The notes under the pieces were generated by a model, which made no database searches, was not told the DNA's origin, and saw only the letters and a list, made by a program, of their open reading frames with translations. Position numbers and translations under genes: made by a program. Below are positions 53,376 through 61,589 of a stretch of DNA of 64,000 bases, piece by piece. Within the stretch, counting starts at the first letter, position 1, and each line of letters begins with the position of its first letter. The stretch lies in NCBI GenBank assembly GCA_041906765.1, contig JAYRIP010000008.1:2898-66897 (forward strand), written 5' to 3'. Origin of the DNA: Candidatus Saccharimonadales bacterium. Its GTDB lineage: Bacteria; Patescibacteriota; Saccharimonadia; Saccharimonadales; JAYRRP01.

Positions 53376-54412
53376 TCTGTTCGCTCCGCCAGGCCTGCCG
53401 CTACGCCAAACTGGCTAGCTGCTGCCAATAATTCGTTTTGCCTATCTGCCGGAAATGCGACGTTCCGCCATGCATTACCGATTTCTACATTCAGACCAAA
53501 TTTGTTAGCGATAAATAGGGGAAATTCGGGCAATGATGAGGCGCCGCCAGTCACGATAATCCGATCTACCCGGACAGCCGTATAACGGCTCTGGAAAAAC
53601 TTAATGGACTTCTCTATCTCGCTTACTAAAATCTCAACCGTCCCAGTAATCGCATTGTAAATCTGGCCTTCTAGCTTGTCTTTGCCAAGCCCAAATTTAC
53701 TTACAAATTGCTGAGCTTGTTTGTCGTCGATATTCAGATTTTGGGCGGCCGCTTTAATGATTGCTTCCATGCCTGTGGGAATAGTTCGTGCCAAACGTGG
53801 CGCACCATTAAACGCAACAACGATGTCGGTTGCCTTAAAACCAAGATCCACCACCATCTGAGGAGTAGTAGCATCAGCCGGTATAACAGCTCGAGCCAGT
53901 GCCATCAGGTCCGGCTCAAAGGCAACGACATTCAAGCCGATAGATTCAAGCATATCCAGACGGGATTCAATATATTCATTGGTCACGCTACTGAGTAGCA
54001 CCTCTACTTTGTTTTTGTCTTTGGGCGAATCACCCAAGACCGCCCAGTCGAGCTTTGATTCGGCGATCGGAGTGGGAATCAGCGAATCAGCCTGAAGCTC
54101 TATGGAATGGGCAATTTCACTCGGTGTTAACCGGTCGATATCTACGACGGTGCTAAAAACCCGTTGCGAGGGAATCCCTACCGCCACATGCCGGGTAGCA
54201 ACATGTGCCTGGGCAAGCAGGTCATGAACAGCCTGCATCAGCTTTTGCTGATCGGCTTTCGAATCACTCATAGCAATTTTTGCCTCTACCGGTACATGGG
54301 CATAACGGATGAGTGATTTGTTGCGCCCACTACCCTGCAGCTGCACCAAACGGATTGCTGTAGTGCCGATGTCTAGTCCGAAAAAGTCAGATACCCCACT
54401 CAGTAAACTCAT
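53372..54412 (-). CDS. pilM: PilM, actin-like ATPase of the type IV pilus alignment complex
   Basis: 346 aa. FFGLDIGTTAIRLVQL and IIVTGGASSLPEF are actin/FtsA-fold motifs. Confidence 0.88.
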   Translation of the reverse strand: MSLLSGVSDFFGLDIGTTAIRLVQLQGSGRNKSLIRYAHVPVEAKIAMSDSKADQQKLMQAVHDLLAQAHVATRHVAVGIPSQRVFSTVVDIDRLTPSEIAHSIELQADSLIPTPIAESKLDWAVLGDSPKDKNKVEVLLSSVTNEYIESRLDMLESIGLNVVAFEPDLMALARAVIPADATTPQMVVDLGFKATDIVVAFNGAPRLARTIPTGMEAIIKAAAQNLNIDDKQAQQFVSKFGLGKDKLEGQIYNAITGTVEILVSEIEKSIKFFQSRYTAVRVDRIIVTGGASSLPEFPLFIANKFGLNVEIGNAWRNVAFPADRQNELLAAASQFGVAAGLAERTE

Positions 54413-54465
54413 GTTGACCCGATTATACCATAAGCATTATTTGTTTTTGCACTGTTTTCACCCTT

Positions 54466-57279
54466 CTATAATACAGGTGGCAACGTAGTTGCGCTATTAT
54501 ATTTTCCTTTACTCACTCCTCCAGTCAATGGTAACGGCAAATCATTAGCTAAATATACTTCGGGGCTGAAGTTGAATATCTCTGCCGCGTTGCTTGTTGC
54601 TGACGACTCCGTATATTGTGCATTCCGCAGACTACTAAAGGTACGAAGCAACTTGACTCGCTGGGCAATAATTGCACCGTTGAAGGTGAGTTTTTTGAGA
54701 CAATTTATCTGCCCAGGATTCGTTAAATCACCCATGTTCGTTATTGGTGTAGGTAAATAAAACGTTATTGGTGTAGGTAATAATCGTGTCTTGGGGGTAG
54801 CGACGACACAGGTATTAAGCGTACCGCTGCCTAGCTTAGCAGGGTCAGGCTGGGCAATATATACCCCGTCAAGTTGGGTTACGTCTTTGCTAATGTAAAT
54901 ATTCCCCTTGGCGATCACATATATTGCCGGAATATCCTCCCGCTTAGTCCATGTTCCGCTGTAGGTAATGTTACCTGTTATTAGTACATCACCCTCCACA
55001 TACAACACTTTGCGGGCACCCGTACCATAATTACCACCCCCTAAGCTTAGCGTTGTGGTGTACGGTGCAGAAGGTTTAATATAGATGCTTTCTTTAGTAG
55101 GGGTATTTGGAATTTGGTACACATCAGTGTTAGTGGTTGGCGTCGTGGGTTTACTCGAGAAATAATCAGGTATACAAGAGACCGCGCCAAATTTACCGGA
55201 TTCTCCGCCCCCAGTGTTAGCGAAAGCAAGTCCCTCCGGCTGCTGAGGAGCAGAGACCAGCCCGTTCCTTAATATAGAGGTCGCAAACTCTTGGATAGCT
55301 CCGCGGGCAAATGCCGCAAACTGCACACCAGCCCCAGCAGGAGGAATATCAACACCTTGTCGATGAAAGGCCGTAATGTTACCCGTTGCCTGATCGCAAG
55401 AACCATCATTTTTTGTATAACCTGAGCCCGCCCGTACATCATTACCAAAGAATTGCACATAAGGCTTGTTTACTACCCGCTCACATGTAGGTGTACCTGC
55501 AGGCACGCCGGAGGCTAACGAAGGTGTAGTTACCGAGGCGACATTCCCAAACGTGTCTACATTGCCAGCAGCCGGAGATATTGTTAATACTACACAGAAT
55601 TGGTCACCGGCTTGCCAACCACCCGGTGGACTGGCAATAATATAGTCTTCATAGGGAGGGATGGGAGTCTGGTTAGGGCCAAAACGCCGCGTCTCCGAGA
55701 TAGGCGAAACTAAATTGGTATAGGGAGAAGACCCCCGCTTATAGGTTATAGTGCGTGTAGCCGTAGCCTGTATACCGACACTTGGTATACCGGTACTGCC
55801 CGTAACATAAGTACGGTAGTATTGTGCTATCGGATTCTCTTCATTGCCTCCTTCAGCTTCAGGTGTTTGGGCAACGGGTGTAAGAGTAAAGGCGTTGCCT
55901 ATAGGTGCATAAAACCACCAAATGTGTATATATCCGACCGGTGGATTAAAACCGGCCGTATCGTTATTGTAAGGATTAGCGCGCGGATCTTTGGTTTTGT
56001 TGCAAGTACCATCATCTACTTGGGTACGGGTAAACTTCCCCGGGCCTGTTCCTACGTCGTTGTTGTCACATCTGGTATAACCCACTAACTGCCAACCTGG
56101 CGGTGGTGGATCTGGGGCTTGAAGCCGTATAAAAGTAGGTGCTCCAGTTGGGGTGTAAGGTCGGACTTCCCAGCTATAGGGATTTGTTGTGCTGGACCCC
56201 CCAATTTCACCCATAATGTTAATTCTAGTGTTGGAGAACGGACGACCCTGTAGATTTTCTGTTTTGGTAGCCATATCGGTTCTCCAGCCATCAACAACTG
56301 AAGTGCACTTAAAGGTGACCGGAGAGCCATTGAGCTGCCAACTATTAGAATTATCACGAATTAAGCTGTAAACATAAGCTGTGCGAGTAACACCATCACG
56401 GTACTGGTCTGGTATCCTCATATGAAACCCATGCCCCGGACTACTATCCCCTCCAGGATCCCTGCGGTAGGTATTAATGATATGTGCCTGGACCCCTCCC
56501 CAAGATTGGTTGGCAGTTGTGCCGATGACGTGTCCACCGGGAGCTGCCGGGGCATTCCAGTACACATGCACCGTGGTAGAAAAAGTTGGCGACCCTATAT
56601 CAACTGCCCAGCCGCTGATATAGCATGTGTCATTATTGTAATACTGTTCAAATATTGACCAACCATCGCCTAAAAGAGGAGGTTCGATGTATGTGATAAC
56701 AATTTTAGCTGTATCTCCATTGGGTGCTCCTATGTTTACTGTAGTCCATGTGCCACCTGGCCTAGCTCCATCCGGAACACCTTCACCTGTCACAAAGAAG
56801 CTTTGCACCCAATCCGAGTGTAGAGATAAGTCACAATCTAAGGCCCATGGACCTGCAGCAGTCGTAGACGGAGAAGTATTGTTGTACCCCAATACTGTCA
56901 CATAGTTATCTCCCCATGCACATTCCCCATTCCAAACTTGTCCAAAAACCTGCTCCCGCTCACGTGCTATGACTCCCGAATTACTACTGTTTAAGCGGAC
57001 TATGTTACCTTCGGGGGTCGCAGTGTTAGGGTGAGTCGTTATTCTTACTAAGGTATTATTGGACTGCTGAGTGGTACCAGACTCCCAATCTATATATTGC
57101 GAATCCACAACTAGTCCGGCCATGCTATGCGGACTGCCGGTATACACTCCACAATCTGCGAAAGCACGTCCAGTTTTTAGCCCAAAAACAGCACAAGCTA
57201 TCATCAAACTAACTCCTAGAGCAATGATGCGCCATTTCCGCGAATATGTAATTAAGTTTAATGTCTCACTTATACCCAT
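54466..57279 (-). CDS. large secreted protein, paralogue 3 of a three-member family (unknown function)
   Basis: 937 aa with a signal peptide (..TGRAFA/D). The central GW-x-D/HVY module is ISGWAVDIGSPTFSTTVHVYWNA...GHGFHMRIP...AYVYSL. The conserved ~430-aa C-terminal region ends in ..TTLPPVL. Confidence 0.8.
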   Translation of the reverse strand: MGISETLNLITYSRKWRIIALGVSLMIACAVFGLKTGRAFADCGVYTGSPHSMAGLVVDSQYIDWESGTTQQSNNTLVRITTHPNTATPEGNIVRLNSSNSGVIAREREQVFGQVWNGECAWGDNYVTVLGYNNTSPSTTAAGPWALDCDLSLHSDWVQSFFVTGEGVPDGARPGGTWTTVNIGAPNGDTAKIVITYIEPPLLGDGWSIFEQYYNNDTCYISGWAVDIGSPTFSTTVHVYWNAPAAPGGHVIGTTANQSWGGVQAHIINTYRRDPGGDSSPGHGFHMRIPDQYRDGVTRTAYVYSLIRDNSNSWQLNGSPVTFKCTSVVDGWRTDMATKTENLQGRPFSNTRINIMGEIGGSSTTNPYSWEVRPYTPTGAPTFIRLQAPDPPPPGWQLVGYTRCDNNDVGTGPGKFTRTQVDDGTCNKTKDPRANPYNNDTAGFNPPVGYIHIWWFYAPIGNAFTLTPVAQTPEAEGGNEENPIAQYYRTYVTGSTGIPSVGIQATATRTITYKRGSSPYTNLVSPISETRRFGPNQTPIPPYEDYIIASPPGGWQAGDQFCVVLTISPAAGNVDTFGNVASVTTPSLASGVPAGTPTCERVVNKPYVQFFGNDVRAGSGYTKNDGSCDQATGNITAFHRQGVDIPPAGAGVQFAAFARGAIQEFATSILRNGLVSAPQQPEGLAFANTGGGESGKFGAVSCIPDYFSSKPTTPTTNTDVYQIPNTPTKESIYIKPSAPYTTTLSLGGGNYGTGARKVLYVEGDVLITGNITYSGTWTKREDIPAIYVIAKGNIYISKDVTQLDGVYIAQPDPAKLGSGTLNTCVVATPKTRLLPTPITFYLPTPITNMGDLTNPGQINCLKKLTFNGAIIAQRVKLLRTFSSLRNAQYTESSATSNAAEIFNFSPEVYLANDLPLPLTGGVSKGKYNSATTLPPVL

Positions 57280-58273
57280 AATAGTCTGCTTTTAACTCTT
57301 TGACAGCATTATCTAATCGATTTTTATTAATAGACCTGGCCGCTTGGTCCAGCACAACGAAATAATAAAATGTCTCCTGGAATTCTTTATCTGATGCAGG
57401 GGTTTCCGTAGTAGCAGTTTTGCCAGTTCTTATCTGTATAGCACCCTGTGGTTGCTGACTTTTGATCTCGTTTATTACGTCTTTATAATAAACTTCTTCC
57501 TCCCATCTTGTATCGGATTTTGTGCCAAAATGCGAACTTTTGTTGGTATTTACCACATAGTCGAGACCAAGTTTTGGATCTTTTTTGACCTCATTATAAG
57601 CTTCATCCGGCGTCATTTTATGGTTATCCAGCTGTAACTTATAGAATTCTGACCGCTCTTTAGCATATCGCTTATCTGCTTCTATCAGTTCTTTATTGCC
57701 GAATCCTGGTACCTGCTCTTTTTCAAACGGGCGTCTTTCTAACTTATTCCCAAAGTAAAATATCAATGAATAGCCTTTGGGGGAGCCGCCAGACTGAATT
57801 AAAATCTTGTCATTTAACGCATTTGAGTATGCTACCAACTGTATCCACGGATCATTTTCATTAATTGAACCGATGCCAGTCTTTTGCATTTTATTTAGAG
57901 CATTACCTATATCTTGTTGTGTTAATTCTATGCCTATGTTACGAGCGGCTTGTTGCTGTTTTAGATAATCGTAAGCAAGCTTACTGGCTTCATCTTTGGA
58001 TTTGCTGCGTTTCACAGGCCAATCTATAAGTTTATCAACTTCTTTATCGGTATAGTTTTTGCCGTTAATCGTAAAGATAATTTTTTGTCCAGGCAATAAC
58101 TCTCTATGACCTAAATAAATTAGACTTCCAAGTAATGCTATAATCGTGACCAACAAGATCAATAGTTTGCGCTTACCTGTTAATAATCGCTTGAGTCTGG
58201 ATCCTCTTTTGAAGCTTGAGGATTCAACCTGAACATTTGTTTGCTCTTGGGGTAACTTTTCTGTATTTTCCAC
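57266..58273 (-). CDS. membrane-anchored protein with SurA-N/PpiD-like chaperone-type region (GTG start)
   Basis: 335 aa with a TM (LLILLVTIIALLGSLIYL) and then KIIFTINGKNYTDKEVDKLID.. typical of chaperone N-domains. I recognise no PPIase motif. It overlaps paralogue 3 by 14 nt. Confidence 0.5.
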   Translation of the reverse strand: MENTEKLPQEQTNVQVESSSFKRGSRLKRLLTGKRKLLILLVTIIALLGSLIYLGHRELLPGQKIIFTINGKNYTDKEVDKLIDWPVKRSKSKDEASKLAYDYLKQQQAARNIGIELTQQDIGNALNKMQKTGIGSINENDPWIQLVAYSNALNDKILIQSGGSPKGYSLIFYFGNKLERRPFEKEQVPGFGNKELIEADKRYAKERSEFYKLQLDNHKMTPDEAYNEVKKDPKLGLDYVVNTNKSSHFGTKSDTRWEEEVYYKDVINEIKSQQPQGAIQIRTGKTATTETPASDKEFQETFYYFVVLDQAARSINKNRLDNAVKELKADYYGYK

Positions 58274-58282
58274 AATTACTTC

Positions 58283-58420
58283 TTAGCTGTTATTTAATGC
58301 GTAAATGCTTAAGATTATACCAATGCGCCACTTTACTTGTAATTTATTTTTTATTTCTATAGCCCAACATAAAAATTTATTTAATGAACTGACGAATTTG
58401 TCTTTCTCTGTTGGATCCAT
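58283..58420 (-). pseudogene. 45-codon remnant/short paralogue of the 60928-61500 gene
   Basis: My translation is MDPTEKDKFVSSLNKFLCWAIEIKNKLQVKWRIGIILSIYALNNS*. It shares the start context and MDPT(D/E)KD with the 190-aa protein, then diverges. Confidence 0.45.
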
Positions 58421-58507
58421 AGTTATTCCGAATACCCTCGTCCGCTTATATCAATAGTAGCCAGTTCCATCCTAAAGCACAAGAGTTTTAGGCCTCATCA
58501 GGAATTG
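58421..58507 (-). repeat. conserved non-coding spacer, copy 1 (paralogue of 61501-61589)
   Basis: ...atcaatagtagccagttccatcctaaagcacaagagttttaggcc..atcaggaattg is near-identical in both copies. Confidence 0.85.
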
Positions 58508-60931
58508 TCACAGCACTGGCGGCAAACTGGTGATGTAGTCGTACTTCTTCACGGACGAGGCGGTACTGGGAGGTGGCCCAGGAGCTAGGTAGGTTTCTGG
58601 GCTGAAGTTGAAGACTTCAGCGGGTTTAGGAGTAGGCGTGACAGAGTCACGTAAGCTACCAAAGGTACGGAGAAACTTCACCTGGTTGGCGATGAAGGCG
58701 CCGTTAACAGTGAGCTTATTGTTGCAGTCGGCATACATGGCGGCAGGCACCGTTCCTGAAGGTGCAGTGTACTTACTTGCTGAATAATAAGTGTTTGGTG
58801 CGGGAGAGAATCTGAATAGTGGAGTAGAACTCACGCAGGTATAGATTTTGCCGCCATTGGTACTGTCTATAGGCTGAGCTATATACGTACCATCCAGCTG
58901 AGTGACTGATTTATCTATGTATATGTCGCCTTTCACTACGATATAGATGGATGGGATATCATTTTGTGTACCCCAAGTTCCGCTGTAGCGTATGTTGCCC
59001 CGTATAAGTAAGTTACCCTCAACATACAATGTCTTACGTACACCTGGGCCATAATCGTTATTACCTGGGTTCTCTAAGCTCAGGGTTGGCGAATACGGCT
59101 TGATGTAATACGGGTCTGGAGTGCTCGATTGAATGGTGAATACATCAGTAGTGCTGTTTGGTGTGGCGGGTTTCGCTGCAAAATAATCCGGCAAACAATG
59201 CGGTGAAGCACTGAAGCCGCCACCGTAGGTGCCGCTGGTGTTGGCTAGAGTCAGGCCTTTGAGGGGGGTAGGTGTAGTGGTACGTAAAGCGGCAGATACA
59301 AAGCCGTCCACCGTACCCTTGGCCATGACCGCTAGCTGGTTGCCAGAGCCACCGCTGGAACCGGGGATATCACGGTAGTACGCCATAATCTTTCCGGTGC
59401 CACTGGCGCCACAGGAGCCAGCCATTGGAAAGCTGCCACCGGTTGCAACATCATTGCCATAGAAAGAGAGGTAGGGTTTGTTGGCAAGCCGAGAGCAGGC
59501 CGTACTGGATTCGGCAGCGGTAGAAGTGAGGATATTGCCGGCAGAGTCTATTGTGCCGCCGCCAGGGGTAATAGTCAGGGTCACGCATACTTCATCGCCA
59601 GCTTGTAAATTCGGTGGCGGCACGGTAATAGGCGGATCGCTAAAATTAGTCTGTCCAGCCGTGAACTTCTGCGAAGTCACTGCGGACGGGGATCGTAAGT
59701 CCGGCGACTGGACGACACCATTGCGCTTCCAGAAGAACTTGCGCGTTGCAGTCGCCTGGATGCCAGCCGCAGGAAGGCTGGCGCCAGTTAAGTTCACATA
59801 CATGGTATCGACTTTCAGCGTGGTGGGTGCTTCTTCGTCAGGCTGCAGAATAGGATTATTCGCACTCGGCGTGAAGTCAAAGGTACTGGGTGGAGGCGGA
59901 GGAGAACAACCGGTAGTTTGCAGCCTGACCGGGTGACCACTAAGAACAGGATTAATTCCATCTTTTACACCATTTATGTCCACACCGAGAGCGTGTACAT
60001 AAAAAGTATGACCGCCGGTATTCCAGGGAGGCGGGATTGTTATGTCATACGCATGATTGCCGCCATCCACTCCAATTACTGGACCTAGATTATAACCAGC
60101 ATCATCTTTATCAGCGTAAGTTGCAAGTATGCCCGTACCGGTACCAGCCGGGCCATCAGCATACACATGTACTTCGAGACTGATATCCGGTCTGTCTCTA
60201 TCAAGAGTCCAACCTCTTAAATTTGTACAGGTGGTGCCACCGGCCCAACCCTCGGGTGCTCTAGGAAGCTGCACCCAAACATGAGTACACCAACCCAAGT
60301 TACTAAAATAGCCAGGTTTCTCACTAATAGAACCTTGAATGTCATAACATACAATATTCTCTCCATCACGCAACCCTTGTACGGTAAGGCCCACCCCCAT
60401 CCAGTTACTACCCGCCGAATAATTTGGATCGATATCTGTCATGTTCCAACCTGTACCTTGTCTGCCACTTGACCAATATATCCCTGTCATAGATGGGTTC
60501 CAAACATTCACATTGTATGTCACGTCCCATATTTGTACTGGATTTGCCGTCGGCGCACCACACCAATAGGCACCCCCCCATATTTCCGCATAAATCGTAC
60601 TGCTACGATGAACCCCCCAAGTCCAATCCCCCGGATGAGGGGTGCCTGCCATTGTAATACCACTCGGCACAAGCGCACTCCTTGCAGGACACAGGTTATA
60701 GATGGGGCCGCCGGCTGGTGGATAGTAGAAATTCCAGACAACATTATGGCCCCATAAACCACCTGGGGGCCTATAGTCATAATCTCCTACAAGAGTCCCC
60801 GGAACCCCCCATGGGGCTTCAGAGCCAGGATTCGCCCTTGCCGTTCCACCTAGAATAATAAAACTTAAACTACACAACACTAGTGTTAGGAAAACCAGGA
60901 GTCGTCTGTTCTTTAATATGGCTAGCATCAC
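58508..60931 (-). CDS. large secreted protein, paralogue 2
   Basis: 807 aa with a signal peptide (..GGTARA/N), the module LRGWTLDRDRPDISLEVHVYADG...GNHAYDITIP...FYVHALGVD, and a conserved C-terminal region ending ..ITSLPPVL. Confidence 0.8.
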   Translation of the reverse strand: MMLAILKNRRLLVFLTLVLCSLSFIILGGTARANPGSEAPWGVPGTLVGDYDYRPPGGLWGHNVVWNFYYPPAGGPIYNLCPARSALVPSGITMAGTPHPGDWTWGVHRSSTIYAEIWGGAYWCGAPTANPVQIWDVTYNVNVWNPSMTGIYWSSGRQGTGWNMTDIDPNYSAGSNWMGVGLTVQGLRDGENIVCYDIQGSISEKPGYFSNLGWCTHVWVQLPRAPEGWAGGTTCTNLRGWTLDRDRPDISLEVHVYADGPAGTGTGILATYADKDDAGYNLGPVIGVDGGNHAYDITIPPPWNTGGHTFYVHALGVDINGVKDGINPVLSGHPVRLQTTGCSPPPPPSTFDFTPSANNPILQPDEEAPTTLKVDTMYVNLTGASLPAAGIQATATRKFFWKRNGVVQSPDLRSPSAVTSQKFTAGQTNFSDPPITVPPPNLQAGDEVCVTLTITPGGGTIDSAGNILTSTAAESSTACSRLANKPYLSFYGNDVATGGSFPMAGSCGASGTGKIMAYYRDIPGSSGGSGNQLAVMAKGTVDGFVSAALRTTTPTPLKGLTLANTSGTYGGGFSASPHCLPDYFAAKPATPNSTTDVFTIQSSTPDPYYIKPYSPTLSLENPGNNDYGPGVRKTLYVEGNLLIRGNIRYSGTWGTQNDIPSIYIVVKGDIYIDKSVTQLDGTYIAQPIDSTNGGKIYTCVSSTPLFRFSPAPNTYYSASKYTAPSGTVPAAMYADCNNKLTVNGAFIANQVKFLRTFGSLRDSVTPTPKPAEVFNFSPETYLAPGPPPSTASSVKKYDYITSLPPVL

Positions 60932-61500
60932 TTTTTTGCTGCTTCCTCTATAGCTCGTTTTTCTGCGCCAGGCACAAGCTGATCATACGACTTCCCTGCT
61001 TTTTCGAGTTGCACGATTTTCTTGGCAACAACTACCATATTTGTTTGGTCATCTTTATAGACATAGGCATCGTAAAGGCTTACTAGATATTCCTGATATT
61101 GTTCAGCTGCAGGGTATTCTTTTTTAATTTGTGCTAATTCCTCCAGGAGTTTATCAATTTTGTAGGTGTTAAAATAGTAGTTTGCTAATTTTATACGCCC
61201 CAAAAGCGCCTGTTCATCAGAATCCTGGTTTAGTGCCTGCTTATTTTTGTTGACAAAGTTATCATCTTTGCCGGCATCAGGGCTTTGGGTCGGCGGGTAA
61301 GGAGAGACGGGTGTTTTAGTAATGGCCTGTTTTTTGTTGTGAGCACGATATAAAAAATATCCACTCAAACCACCGCCAATGACGACAATAGCGATAAGTA
61401 GTAACAGCCATTTCCCTGACACTCTATGTCGTCGTTTGACAAGTTTTACCGTTGGCTCACTCATCTTGCCAACTAAATTGTCTTTATCTGTTGGATCCAT
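60928..61500 (-). CDS. membrane-anchored helical (TPR-like?) protein
   Basis: 190 aa with a TM (WLLLLIAIVVIGGGLSGYFLY) and a helical C-terminal half. A 4-nt ATGA overlap joins it to paralogue 2. Confidence 0.55.
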   Translation of the reverse strand: MDPTDKDNLVGKMSEPTVKLVKRRHRVSGKWLLLLIAIVVIGGGLSGYFLYRAHNKKQAITKTPVSPYPPTQSPDAGKDDNFVNKNKQALNQDSDEQALLGRIKLANYYFNTYKIDKLLEELAQIKKEYPAAEQYQEYLVSLYDAYVYKDDQTNMVVVAKKIVQLEKAGKSYDQLVPGAEKRAIEEAAKK

Positions 61501-61589
61501 AGTTATTCCAAAAATATACTCGTTCGCTTACATCAATAGTAGACAGTTCCATCCTAAAGCACAAGAGTTTTAGGCCCAATCAGGAATTG
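61501..61589 (-). repeat. conserved non-coding spacer, copy 2
   Basis: See 58421-58507. Confidence 0.85.
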
